Shown piece by piece: positions 10,523 to 19,870 of a stretch of 54,589 bases of DNA; the stretch's first letter is position 1, and each line of letters opens with the position of its first letter. The notes under the pieces are model-generated. The model was not told where the DNA came from and made no database searches. It saw nothing but the letters and a program-made list of their open reading frames with translations. Made by a program: the position numbers and the translations under genes. The stretch is from an uncultured virus (IMG/VR IMGVR_UViG_3300042298_004026) (taxonomy: Duplodnaviria; Heunggongvirae; Uroviricota; Caudoviricetes): the IMG/VR virus record IMGVR_UViG_3300042298_004026; one strand, 5' to 3'.

Positions 10523-12238
10523 TTGATTGTATTTAAGAATTTGAGATGGATGAATCTTTTAAGCACTGGTAATGTATTTACAGAAGTGTCACTAGATACA
10601 CACGGACAAACCTTGATTGTCGGTGAGAACGGTGCTGGTAAATCAACCATTCTCGACGCCTTGTCATTTGTTTTGTATGGCAAATCTTTTCGCAAGATTA
10701 ACAAACCACAACTTGTCAATACAATAAATGAAAAGAATCTTTTAGTTGAATGTGATTTTTCTATTGGTAATCGCACGTACAAAGTACGTCGTGGCATTAA
10801 GCCAACTGTGTTTGAGATTTACATTGATGGGAGTTTGTTGAATCAAGACGCAGAGTCGGTCGACTATCAGGATGTGTTAGAGAAGCAGATTCTTAAACTT
10901 AACCACAAAACATTTTCACAGGTTGTCGTTCTCGGTAGTGCATCCTTTGTTCCTTTTATGCAACTAGCGGCTCAACCTCGTCGTGATATTATTGAGGACT
11001 TACTGGATATACAGGTGTTCACAACAATGAACACACTATTGAAAGAAAAGATCACTACGAATAAAAATAACCTTGTTGATGTTGATTATCGTATATCTAA
11101 TACTGAAGATAAGATCAATATTGAGAAACAACACCTTTCTGTACTAGAGCAGAACAAAGATGATCTTGTTAAACAAAAAACACAACAAATAGATTACTAT
11201 ATTGAACAGGTGAAAAATGCTAATTCCCAAGCAGCAACTCTCTTATACGAAATTACCGAACTGCAAAGTACTATTAACGATCAGAGCAAGGTACGGTCAA
11301 GGCAGGAGAAAATACTTACGCTTTCTAGACGAATTGACATTAACCTTGAAAAAGCACAAAAAGACGAAGAATTCTTCAAAGCTCATGATAACTGTCCCAC
11401 TTGTCGTCAAGGGATCGCAGACGGACATAAAGCCAGTATACTTAAAGAAACAAGTAGCAAACTGTATGAAATACAACAGGGTAAACAAAAGATTGCGGAA
11501 GAATTGGCTGCTATCTCTGCCCGTCTAATAGAAATCACTAACATTACATCAATAATAACAGCTAAGCAAAATGAGGTGTCCACTAAACAAATCCAGGTTG
11601 CTGCATGGGAAAATTTTGTTCAGTACACACAAAAAGAAATCGATACTCTTGTTGTAGACAACGATTTCAATGCTAATAAAGACAGACTGATCGATCTACA
11701 AAATAAGTTGCAAGAATTGGGACAGCTAAAAGAGAAGTTAGTTAGAGAAAAGTCTGTATATGATGTGGCCGGTGTTTTGTTAAAAGATGCTGGTATTAAA
11801 ACAAAAATCATACGTCAGTATATTCCTGTCATTAACAAACTCATCAACAAGTATCTGGCGGCAATGGATTTCTTCGTTAATTTCGAACTCAATGAGAACT
11901 TCGAAGAGAAAATAAAATCACGATTCCGTGATGATTTTAGTTACTCTTCATTTAGCGAGGGTGAGAAGTCACGTATTGATTTGGCTTTGTTATTTACGTG
12001 GCGTGCTATAGCTAAACTGCGTAACAGTGCGAGTACTAACATTCTTATTCTGGATGAAGTGTTTGATGGTTCGTTGGATGCCAGAGGTAATGAAGAGCTA
12101 CTAAAGATTCTACAAACCCTCACAGAGGGTAGTAATGTGTTCGTCATCTCTCATAAAACAGACGCGTTCCTTGATAAGTTTGAAAGAGTCCTTAAATTTG
12201 AAAAACACAAAAACTTTAGCAGGATGATTACATTATGA
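10523..12238 (+). CDS. gp46: Recombination ATPase subunit (Rad50/SbcC-like)
   Basis: GENGAGKST Walker A, CPTC zinc hook, FSEGEK signature, ILDEVFD Walker B; TTG start. Confidence 0.96.
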   Translation: MIVFKNLRWMNLLSTGNVFTEVSLDTHGQTLIVGENGAGKSTILDALSFVLYGKSFRKINKPQLVNTINEKNLLVECDFSIGNRTYKVRRGIKPTVFEIYIDGSLLNQDAESVDYQDVLEKQILKLNHKTFSQVVVLGSASFVPFMQLAAQPRRDIIEDLLDIQVFTTMNTLLKEKITTNKNNLVDVDYRISNTEDKINIEKQHLSVLEQNKDDLVKQKTQQIDYYIEQVKNANSQAATLLYEITELQSTINDQSKVRSRQEKILTLSRRIDINLEKAQKDEEFFKAHDNCPTCRQGIADGHKASILKETSSKLYEIQQGKQKIAEELAAISARLIEITNITSIITAKQNEVSTKQIQVAAWENFVQYTQKEIDTLVVDNDFNANKDRLIDLQNKLQELGQLKEKLVREKSVYDVAGVLLKDAGIKTKIIRQYIPVINKLINKYLAAMDFFVNFELNENFEEKIKSRFRDDFSYSSFSEGEKSRIDLALLFTWRAIAKLRNSASTNILILDEVFDGSLDARGNEELLKILQTLTEGSNVFVISHKTDAFLDKFERVLKFEKHKNFSRMITL

Positions 12239-12753
12239 AATTTAAGCACGTTAAACCTGATGATATAATCCTTACCAGAAACACCGAGCCCTTCAGTTTT
12301 TCGGATCCACCTATTGATCCTATTGAGCTTGCAAAAGATCTTTATGAAACACTGATGGAAACAAAATACCTAGGGTTGTCAGCACCACAAGTAGGTTTGC
12401 CATATCGAGTGTTTGCTCTAAGAACAACGCCTGGTATTGTTTGCTTTAATCCTAAAATTGTTGATAGGTCAAACGAAGAACTACTTCTTGATGAAATGAG
12501 TATGACACATGAACATCTGATTGTTCCTGTAAAAAGACCGAAGAAAATAAAAGTACGGTTTACTCTACCGAATGGGGAAATAAAGACTGAAGTATTTGAT
12601 GGTATGACCGCGAGATATTTCATGCATCACCTTGACTACCTCGATGGCGTCGTGTATACTCAGCGAGCCAATAAGCTACACTATCAGCGCGCTTTGCGCA
12701 AGAAAAAAATCTTAGATAGGCAGAACAAACGTGAACAAAAGGATATAGAATGA
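12235..12753 (+). CDS. Peptide deformylase-like protein with degenerate active site
   Basis: GLSAPQVG, FNPKI, VKRPKKIKV and LDG match the PDF fold, but EGCLS reads EMSMT and HExDH reads HHLDY. Confidence 0.8.
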   Translation: MKFKHVKPDDIILTRNTEPFSFSDPPIDPIELAKDLYETLMETKYLGLSAPQVGLPYRVFALRTTPGIVCFNPKIVDRSNEELLLDEMSMTHEHLIVPVKRPKKIKVRFTLPNGEIKTEVFDGMTARYFMHHLDYLDGVVYTQRANKLHYQRALRKKKILDRQNKREQKDIE

Positions 12754-13511
12754 AGACAGTAATCTTTGGAAAGGGTAAGGTGGGTATGGCCACCGATATT
12801 ACTTTGGAAACAAATGCAGACTTTCATGATCCATATAAGGGGGTTCATGTTGATGATTTTAGTAAATATGAGCTTGCTATCATTTGTGTATCTTCACTAG
12901 TTGAAGGACCACATGATCACTCGGCCATTACCGAATGTTTGGTAAAATTAAATGATGTAAAGTTTGATGGATTGATTGCCATTCGCTGTACAGTTTCGCC
13001 AGCATTTCTCAGCTTGTGGGAAAAACAGTTTCCCAATTTGAAGATCGTTCATTTCCCCGAATTCATGAAACAAGGGGATGACAATTATTTGGACGAACCG
13101 TGGATTGTTGTGCTTGGAGGTAAGACATCCTTGACGCAGGAGCTTGGTGCATTCCTCATGCGACGTGGGTATGGTACTCCTTCAATGCTACACTTTTGTA
13201 GCTTAGCTGAGAGCTCACTCATCAAACTACATCAGAACGCAGGACTTGCATTAAAAGTAACATATGCAAACATTATGTACGAAACGTGCAAAGCATACGG
13301 AGCTGATTATGATGTTGTACGTAAAGGTGTAGCCGCGGATGTACGCGTTGGGCCAGGACACTTGCAAGTACCTGGTGAACATGGTTTTGGATTTGCTGGC
13401 CATTGTCTACCGAAGGACCTACGTTGCTTAGACAACGCATCCTACAATAGAGGGTTCTGGAATAAAATCCTTTCTATTAATGATGAACTGAGGAAAAAGA
13501 ATGTCGGATAA
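12750..13511 (+). CDS. UDP-glucose/GDP-mannose dehydrogenase family protein (short form)
   Basis: GKGKVG Rossmann motif, PEF, GFAGHCLPKD catalytic Cys motif. Confidence 0.85.
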   Translation: MKTVIFGKGKVGMATDITLETNADFHDPYKGVHVDDFSKYELAIICVSSLVEGPHDHSAITECLVKLNDVKFDGLIAIRCTVSPAFLSLWEKQFPNLKIVHFPEFMKQGDDNYLDEPWIVVLGGKTSLTQELGAFLMRRGYGTPSMLHFCSLAESSLIKLHQNAGLALKVTYANIMYETCKAYGADYDVVRKGVAADVRVGPGHLQVPGEHGFGFAGHCLPKDLRCLDNASYNRGFWNKILSINDELRKKNVG

Positions 13512-14412
13512 AAAGATTGCCTATAGTGAAATCTTTCACTCAATACAGGGTGAGGGACATTACACTGGGCGCCCTACGGCATGGCTGCGATTCTTTCTGT
13601 GTAACCTGCAGTGCAATGGTTTTGGACAAAAAGATCCTACCGATCCTTCAACGTATGTTCTGCCCTATAAAGAGGTTAACATTGAAGGTATTAAAAGACT
13701 CGAGGATCTTCCTGTTTGGAAATATGGATGTGATTCGTCATATTCGTGGTCGGCAAAATTTAAGCATTTGCAGCATAAGCACATAGCAGAGGATATTTGC
13801 ACACGTATCCGTCAATCAATGTACCATCCAACTAATCTAGAAGGTAGATTTAACAAAGTTGACGGTACAATGCAGCATATGTGCTTTACAGGTGGTGAGC
13901 CCTTGATGCGCCATGCACAAATGGCTGCTATTGATATCATTGATCACTTCGCGACAGAAGGCGATTACCCGTTGTTCATGACGTGGGAGACTAACGGAAC
14001 ACAGGAACTGACGTCGGAGTTTTCTGATTACTTTAGTTCTTATCCGGGTGAAGTATTCTTTTCCGTTTCACCAAAACTGTTTACAACATCGGGAGAAAAA
14101 ACAGAGGATGCTATTAAGCCTGAGATCGTAAAGACCTATGAAGACCTCTCACCACATGGTCAACTGAAGTTTGTCGTGAACGGCTCAGTTGAGTCATGGA
14201 ATGAATTGGAAACAACACTAGTTAAATTCAGAGAAGCAGGCGTGACATATCCTGTTTGGGTAATGAGTGCTGGTGCCACACTCGAGGCTCAAAAAGGAAC
14301 CGAAGCTAACTACATCGGAGAAGCTCATATTGCTCAAGAAGCATATAAGCGTGGTTACAACTACTCCTCGCGTGTGCATGTTCACATCTGGGGAAACACT
14401 ATGGGGACATAA
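13501..14412 (+). CDS. queE: 7-carboxy-7-deazaguanine synthase (radical SAM)
   Basis: SEIFHSIQGEG, CNLQC...GCDS, FTGGEP, ETNGT, SVSPKL, RVHVHIWG. Confidence 0.92.
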   Translation: MSDKKIAYSEIFHSIQGEGHYTGRPTAWLRFFLCNLQCNGFGQKDPTDPSTYVLPYKEVNIEGIKRLEDLPVWKYGCDSSYSWSAKFKHLQHKHIAEDICTRIRQSMYHPTNLEGRFNKVDGTMQHMCFTGGEPLMRHAQMAAIDIIDHFATEGDYPLFMTWETNGTQELTSEFSDYFSSYPGEVFFSVSPKLFTTSGEKTEDAIKPEIVKTYEDLSPHGQLKFVVNGSVESWNELETTLVKFREAGVTYPVWVMSAGATLEAQKGTEANYIGEAHIAQEAYKRGYNYSSRVHVHIWGNTMGT

Positions 14413-14415
14413 TAA

Positions 14416-14943
14416 ATGATGTGGGATTCGCAATACGGGCCTAGACCAAGGCAATACAAATACGTTTCAACAAAAGAATATCACGATGCATTTCCTTGTG
14501 CATATAGGCAGTGGAAAGCCGACAGTCATTGCAACATGATCCATGGTTACAGTTTCTCAATGAAGTTCTATTTTGGAACTGATCACCTCGATGTTCGTAA
14601 TTGGGTTGCGGATTATGGTGGCCTAAAAGAGCTCAAACATTTTCTAGAAAGCCAATTTGATCATACGTTGCTCGTAGCTCAGGATGACCCTGAACTCGAG
14701 ATTTACAAAGAGCTTGAAAGACGTAAGCTGGCCAAGCTAACAATCCTTTCTAAGCTGGGCTGTGAAGGATTAGCCGATCAGCTTTATAAATATGTTAATG
14801 GTGTTTACATTCCTGATATGTGGGGACCCAGTGAGGCAAAGCGTTTGTGGTGCTTCCGTGTGGAAGTTCGTGAAACGCAAAGCAATATGGCTTTTAGAGA
14901 GGGTCATAGAGAATGGGATGAAGATTTGTTTGAAGGATTATGA
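14416..14943 (+). CDS. queD: 6-carboxy-5,6,7,8-tetrahydropterin synthase
   Basis: CNMIHGY, WVADYGGLK, FDHTLL, VEVRETQSN T-fold motifs; adjacent to queE. Confidence 0.9.
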   Translation: MMWDSQYGPRPRQYKYVSTKEYHDAFPCAYRQWKADSHCNMIHGYSFSMKFYFGTDHLDVRNWVADYGGLKELKHFLESQFDHTLLVAQDDPELEIYKELERRKLAKLTILSKLGCEGLADQLYKYVNGVYIPDMWGPSEAKRLWCFRVEVRETQSNMAFREGHREWDEDLFEGL

Positions 14944-15797
14944 TGAGTGTAAGAATTTTAGTTATGGGGCTACCTGGATCAGGTAAGACGTACTTGACGC
15001 AGCGATTGAAAGAATATATTGAAACGCGTAGCGACTTTAGTACTATGCCATCAGAGAAACTCCTCAATTATGAAGCACCTCCTCTGTTTTATAAATCGAC
15101 TGTTGAATGGTTTAATGCAGATGAGATCCGTAAGAAATTTAATGATTGGGATTTTTCAAAAGAAGGAAGAATCCGTCAGTCATTAAGAATGGCTCAATTT
15201 GCTTTAGCTTGTAAAAGCGATTATGTTATTTGTGATTTTATTGCCCCACTACCCGAGATGCGTCATAACTTTAAAGCAGATTGGGTAATTTGGATGGACA
15301 CAATCGATGTCGGTAAGTATCAAGATACAAACAAGATGTTTGTTCCACCTGACCTATATGATTTTAGAATTACAGAGATGAATGCGGAGAAATGGGTACC
15401 CTTTATTGGCGAACACATTCTGCATAACGAGCGACGTCCAACATTCAGTTGGAACAAGCCAACAGTTCAAATGCTCGGAAGATGGCAGCCGTGGCATGGA
15501 GGACATCGAGCTTTGTTTGAGCGTGCTATAAAAAAGACCGGTCAAGTGTGTATAATGATTAGGGATAGTCATGGTACGACGGGCAATCCATTTACAGCTG
15601 AACAAGTTAAAGATTTTGTTAAACGTGATCTGGACCCTGAGTATCAAGGCATGTATGAAGTAATACTCGTCCCCAACATTACAAACATTACATATGGTCG
15701 CGATGTTGGATACACAATTGAACAAGAAACATTTGATGAGGCTATAACAAATATCAGTGCTACTAATATCAGAAAAATGATGGGAATAATCAAATGA
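14940..15797 (+). CDS. Adenylyl-sulfate kinase-like P-loop domain fused to HxGH nucleotidyltransferase domain
   Basis: N-half GLPGSGKT, NADEIR, DFSKEGRIRQ, CDFIAP (CysC-like); C-half GRWQPWHGGH and ISATNIRK. Confidence 0.8.
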   Translation: MMSVRILVMGLPGSGKTYLTQRLKEYIETRSDFSTMPSEKLLNYEAPPLFYKSTVEWFNADEIRKKFNDWDFSKEGRIRQSLRMAQFALACKSDYVICDFIAPLPEMRHNFKADWVIWMDTIDVGKYQDTNKMFVPPDLYDFRITEMNAEKWVPFIGEHILHNERRPTFSWNKPTVQMLGRWQPWHGGHRALFERAIKKTGQVCIMIRDSHGTTGNPFTAEQVKDFVKRDLDPEYQGMYEVILVPNITNITYGRDVGYTIEQETFDEAITNISATNIRKMMGIIK

Positions 15798-16426
15798 TCG
15801 TTTGTGCTACACCACGTTCAGGTGCAACTAAGTTTGCTTCTGATAAGGCTAAGGAACTTAATATCGAATATTACGATGAAGTACGTCCAGGGACTACTAA
15901 GGTGTTCAGACAGTCCTTTAATAATGTAAAGTGGTTTACGGGTGGGAAAGGACAATACCACGAGCTGCCCTACACTAACCACTTAGATATGGAAAAGTTT
16001 TACGAAGTTTCAAAAGATCCAGGTAATCCAAATTACATCATTCTTGCCAATGGTACGAACAGTCATTGGTTGTTTGATAGAGCTGATTGGTTTGTAGCAC
16101 GTCGAAATCTATATGACTGGATGTGTTCCGTATGTAACTTCTGGCTCTTGAACCGGCAAGGTAATATGGGCGTGCAATTAATGCAAACATATCTTGCATT
16201 CATGTTTGAAAATGCGTACGTGTTGTATGATTATTGTACACGAATGAATAAAAAAATTGAATGGTATGAAGATATGCCATATGCGCGGCGAACTCCGTAT
16301 GTGTGGCTTAATAAGCATCCCGAATACAAAGAGATTCTTCGTACAATGGAATCATTCGTTCAATACACAAAAATACTTGATGTGAATAAAGAATTAACGT
16401 ATGATAGAGGTTTTAAGGAGATATGA
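15794..16426 (+). CDS. Sulfotransferase-like protein
   Basis: N-terminal IVCATPRSGAT resembles the 5'-PSB PAPS-binding loop; RRN..D...S resembles 3'-PB; late YED motif. Confidence 0.55.
   Translation: MIVCATPRSGATKFASDKAKELNIEYYDEVRPGTTKVFRQSFNNVKWFTGGKGQYHELPYTNHLDMEKFYEVSKDPGNPNYIILANGTNSHWLFDRADWFVARRNLYDWMCSVCNFWLLNRQGNMGVQLMQTYLAFMFENAYVLYDYCTRMNKKIEWYEDMPYARRTPYVWLNKHPEYKEILRTMESFVQYTKILDVNKELTYDRGFKEI
16377..16405 (+). promoter_or_regulatory. Candidate sigma70-type promoter for folE operon
   Basis: TTGATG-17 nt-TATGAT ending 17 nt before the folE ATG. Confidence 0.5.
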
Positions 16427-17100
16427 TGGATAAAACCGATCCGCAGTTGGGTGAACAGGTACGTCAACATCTTATTAAGGTTGGCCTTGAAACCCCTATG
16501 AACTATGACCTTGTAAAAATTAGTAACGAGGAAAAAATCGAGAAGATTAAGAACAACTTCTCTGAAATTATGAATACGCTTGGTTTAGATCTAAGTGATG
16601 ACTCTTTGTGTGATACTCCTAACCGTGTCGCAAAGATGTTTGTCAATGAAATCTTCTTTGGATTGGATTACGATAATTTTCCAAAATGCACGCGTATTCA
16701 AAACAAGATGGGTGTCAACAACAGCTTTGTCCTAGAACGTAATGTTAATGTTCAATCAAACTGCGAACATCATTTTGTAATCATCGACGGTAAAGCTACT
16801 GTGGCTTACATTCCGCGTGACACTATTCTAGGCCTTTCAAAACTCAATCGTATTGTTCAGTTCTTTGCTAAGCGTCCACAAGTACAGGAAAGGCTTACAG
16901 AACAAATTGCAGAAACGATTAGCTTCATCACTGGTTCCCCTGACGTTGCTGTATACATCGTTGGTGTGCATTATTGTGTGAAATCACGAGGAATTCAGGA
17001 CGTTGGTTCTTCAACAATGACGCTTGCAACACGCGGTGCATTCTCCGAGGAGCGCTCTGAAATTCGTCGCGAATTCCTTAATACGGCAAGGATGATGTGA
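16423..17100 (+). CDS. folE: GTP cyclohydrolase I
   Basis: DTPNRVAKM, SNCEHHF, GLSKLNRIV, RPQVQERLT, HYCVKSRG. Confidence 0.96.
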   Translation: MMDKTDPQLGEQVRQHLIKVGLETPMNYDLVKISNEEKIEKIKNNFSEIMNTLGLDLSDDSLCDTPNRVAKMFVNEIFFGLDYDNFPKCTRIQNKMGVNNSFVLERNVNVQSNCEHHFVIIDGKATVAYIPRDTILGLSKLNRIVQFFAKRPQVQERLTEQIAETISFITGSPDVAVYIVGVHYCVKSRGIQDVGSSTMTLATRGAFSEERSEIRREFLNTARMM

Positions 17101-17651
17101 AGCCATATTGCTACCTCACATGGGATGAGCCGTTTGAGGATTACACCAAGCAACTCCAACATTTTGTTAAAAGAACTGGTTTTATAGAAAAAGGCACGTT
17201 CTTTAACCCTGTTGGAGCTGCTCGTGTATACGATGCAATCCCGTCACTTAAAACACTTTTTGAAAGACACGGCTTACATGACTTCCATTCAATGGCCGTA
17301 ATACGCGTGCTGCCTGCAACAGTTGCACCTAACTATCCACACACGGACGTGATGCCATCACCTAACCAAAAGGTAGCAATTAACTGGCCAGTGTTTAACT
17401 GTGAAGAAACTTTTACCTGTTTTTATGAGGAAAAAGAAAACGCCAATCCACAACTAGTAAAGTTGAGTAATGGGTTGCCCTATAAAAAATACAGCTACGA
17501 AGATGTTATCGAAATGCACAGGATAAAGATCAATCGTCCAGTTGCACTTCGATATGATGTCTTACACGCTGTTGTCAACGAAACAAAAAATGTCCGCATT
17601 ACAACATCGTTTCGATTTGACTTAAACCACTGGGAACTGTTTAATGGCTAA
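17097..17651 (+). CDS. Putative 2OG-Fe(II) oxygenase/cupin
   Basis: PHTD (HxD), AINWPV, distal HAVVN and RITTSFR. Confidence 0.55.
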   Translation: MKPYCYLTWDEPFEDYTKQLQHFVKRTGFIEKGTFFNPVGAARVYDAIPSLKTLFERHGLHDFHSMAVIRVLPATVAPNYPHTDVMPSPNQKVAINWPVFNCEETFTCFYEEKENANPQLVKLSNGLPYKKYSYEDVIEMHRIKINRPVALRYDVLHAVVNETKNVRITTSFRFDLNHWELFNG

Positions 17652-18027
17652 AGTATACTTTTGTCGTTTCACCGACAAGCGAACAAAACAAGTATTCTAT
17701 AAGTTTGGTCACACATCTAAACAAGACGTTAATGAACGCTTTGATCCAAAGTATGATACGCGCTACAGCGAATTTCAAATTAAAGCTATTTGCAGTATTA
17801 AGGGTACGCTAGAGTGGTGTCAGCAAATTGAGGAGATGTTCAAGGTTCTTTTCCCAAAGAACATATGGCTCGAAGAGTTTTTCAATGATGAGAGGAAATG
17901 GGATAACTTTTCGGGTATTACCGAAATCGTTTATCTCAATAAAGATGAGTACGAGCGAGTGCGTGACGCTTTTTATTTCTTGAAAGAGTCACAAGCCAAA
18001 ATAGAGGAAGAACATGAGTATCTTTAA
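17644..18027 (+). CDS. GIY-YIG-like (T5orf172/MUG113-type) nuclease domain protein
   Basis: VYF...FYKFGHT...ERF, conserved E, C-terminal FSGITE. Confidence 0.55.
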   Translation: MAKVYFCRFTDKRTKQVFYKFGHTSKQDVNERFDPKYDTRYSEFQIKAICSIKGTLEWCQQIEEMFKVLFPKNIWLEEFFNDERKWDNFSGITEIVYLNKDEYERVRDAFYFLKESQAKIEEEHEYL

Positions 18028-18619
18028 ATATCCAGATTGGTCTACAATTCATCACCTTTACTGGACAGATATAATTGAACAGTGCATGGATATTACTCAG
18101 CCAGTTAGAATGATTGAGGTTGGCTGTTTTGAGGGTCGGTCAACAATGTGGTTTGCTGATCGTTTAATAAATGAGGAGTCACGTTTATTCTGTATCGACA
18201 CATGGCAAGGTGGCGAAGAGATTGAACGGGTGGGGCTTGACTTTGATATGGAAGAAGTGAAATCTAATTTCTTCCATAATATAGCAGAACATCCTTACAG
18301 CAAGCAGATCATGCCTCTAGTAGGTACGTCACAAAAGATATTGACAATGTTGCTTCATGATATGTACACTCGACCCGACTTTATCTACTTGGATGGGTCA
18401 CATACTCAGAAAGACACATTGATAGACTTGGTTCTTTCACTCAGTCTTGTAAAGGTCGGAGGAATTGTTGTTGTTGACGATTACATGAACAGTATGTCTA
18501 CAAAAAATGAACTCTTACGTCCAAGAAAGGCTGTTGATTTTGTTGTATCATCTTTTGGAGATTCAGTAAGTTTTTCAACAACGCCTGAGAAACAGGCTGT
18601 CATCATAAGGAACAATTGA
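18014..18619 (+). CDS. Class I SAM methyltransferase (Methyltransf_24-like)
   Basis: IEVGCFEGRS, CIDTW, DFIYLDGSH, GGIVVVDDY. Confidence 0.85.
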   Translation: MSIFKYPDWSTIHHLYWTDIIEQCMDITQPVRMIEVGCFEGRSTMWFADRLINEESRLFCIDTWQGGEEIERVGLDFDMEEVKSNFFHNIAEHPYSKQIMPLVGTSQKILTMLLHDMYTRPDFIYLDGSHTQKDTLIDLVLSLSLVKVGGIVVVDDYMNSMSTKNELLRPRKAVDFVVSSFGDSVSFSTTPEKQAVIIRNN

Positions 18620-19017
18620 TGGAAAAGAAGTCGTTTATTTGGGTTACCTTCCAGAAAGAAGGTATTCACAGGTATCCTGAAGCAGGCATTGATCCTGCAT
18701 TGAAGACGGGTGATTGGCTTGATGTTAGTTTCCTAGCCGAACCACATCGTCACATCTTCCATTTCCGTGTTGAGATGGAAGTCTTTCATGACAACCGTGA
18801 TGTTGAGTTCATTCAACTTAAACGTATTATTGAGAGCTGGTATAGGACGAACGTGCTTCAGCTTGATTTTAAGTCGTGTGAGATGATAGCACGTGACCTA
18901 CACATGCAACTCATTATCCAATGGCCGGCACGGGATTATGTTGTCGAAGTATCAGAAGATGGTGAGAATGGCTGCCGAATTTATTTCCCTAAGGATACCT
19001 ATGTCAAGCGCGATTAA
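18619..19017 (+). CDS. dpdL: QueD paralogue, DpdL-like (putative CDG decarboxylase)
   Basis: T-fold features (RDVEFIQLK, SCEMIA, VEVSEDGENG) plus LAEPHRHIF, matching the LxxxHRHxF signature recalled for DpdL. Confidence 0.7.
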   Translation: MEKKSFIWVTFQKEGIHRYPEAGIDPALKTGDWLDVSFLAEPHRHIFHFRVEMEVFHDNRDVEFIQLKRIIESWYRTNVLQLDFKSCEMIARDLHMQLIIQWPARDYVVEVSEDGENGCRIYFPKDTYVKRD

Positions 19018-19870
19018 TTTTTGTCATATTAGCCCTACAGCATATTTGGACAAGTACACGTCTACTAATGGGGCTCATTTGATTCTGGCTCATCTCGTTG
19101 AGACGGATCCTGTGTATCGAGATTATTATGCTAATCTTGAGGATGGTAAATACAAGATCATGGACAACAGTGCTTTTGAGATGTTTAAGCTCGGTAAACC
19201 GATGTATGAATCAGCGAAACTCATTGAAATGGGTAAGGCATGTAAGGCTGATTGTATTGTTATGTCTGACTATCCGAAACAACCATCTGATGTTACTATC
19301 GACGCAGCAAAGAATTTGATTCCGCAATTCAAAGATAGCGGATTCGATACATTCTTTGTTCCACAGAGTCAGCTTGGTGATATGGACGATCTTATGGTGG
19401 CCATTGAATGGGGTCTTCAAAACGAAGATGTAACCCTTATCGGACTTTCAATCCTTTCAACGCCAATTGCTTGTGGTGTTGATGAGTCAACGTTTGAAGG
19501 TGGTAAACGTCACGATGCATATAAATTGCAGCGTTATCTGTCGCGTCTAAGAGTGTTTCATGAGCTCGAAGCTCGTGGGTATCTTGATGTGTACAGATCC
19601 TTTAAACGATTTCATTGTTTGGGGATGGTGGATGGGCCTAGAGAAATCGATCTGCTTCGGAAATATGAAGACTATATCTTTTCGTGGGACTCGAGTGCAG
19701 CAGTATGGGCTGGCATTAACGGTGTGAGTTTTGACAGCTCACCTACAGGATTAATGTATGGAAAGTTTGAAAAGGAAGTTGATTTTGACTACGAGGGCGA
19801 ACATAATGCTCGGTTAGTGATGAGTAACATTCATTTTATCAACGACCTTATTGAAGGAGTCTCTGTGTGA
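19001..19870 (+). CDS. dpdA: DpdA/TGT-like 7-deazaguanine transglycosylase (divergent)
   Basis: IMDNSAFE (cf. DSGAF catalytic Asp), SDY, FVPQ, HCLG, SWDSS TGT-barrel motifs; start at ATG 19001. Confidence 0.72.
   Translation: MSSAINFCHISPTAYLDKYTSTNGAHLILAHLVETDPVYRDYYANLEDGKYKIMDNSAFEMFKLGKPMYESAKLIEMGKACKADCIVMSDYPKQPSDVTIDAAKNLIPQFKDSGFDTFFVPQSQLGDMDDLMVAIEWGLQNEDVTLIGLSILSTPIACGVDESTFEGGKRHDAYKLQRYLSRLRVFHELEARGYLDVYRSFKRFHCLGMVDGPREIDLLRKYEDYIFSWDSSAAVWAGINGVSFDSSPTGLMYGKFEKEVDFDYEGEHNARLVMSNIHFINDLIEGVSV

Noticed and set aside
18893..19000. Longer start for the DpdA-like gene
   Set aside because: Lies within the DpdL-like gene; ATG 19001 follows an AAGGA SD.
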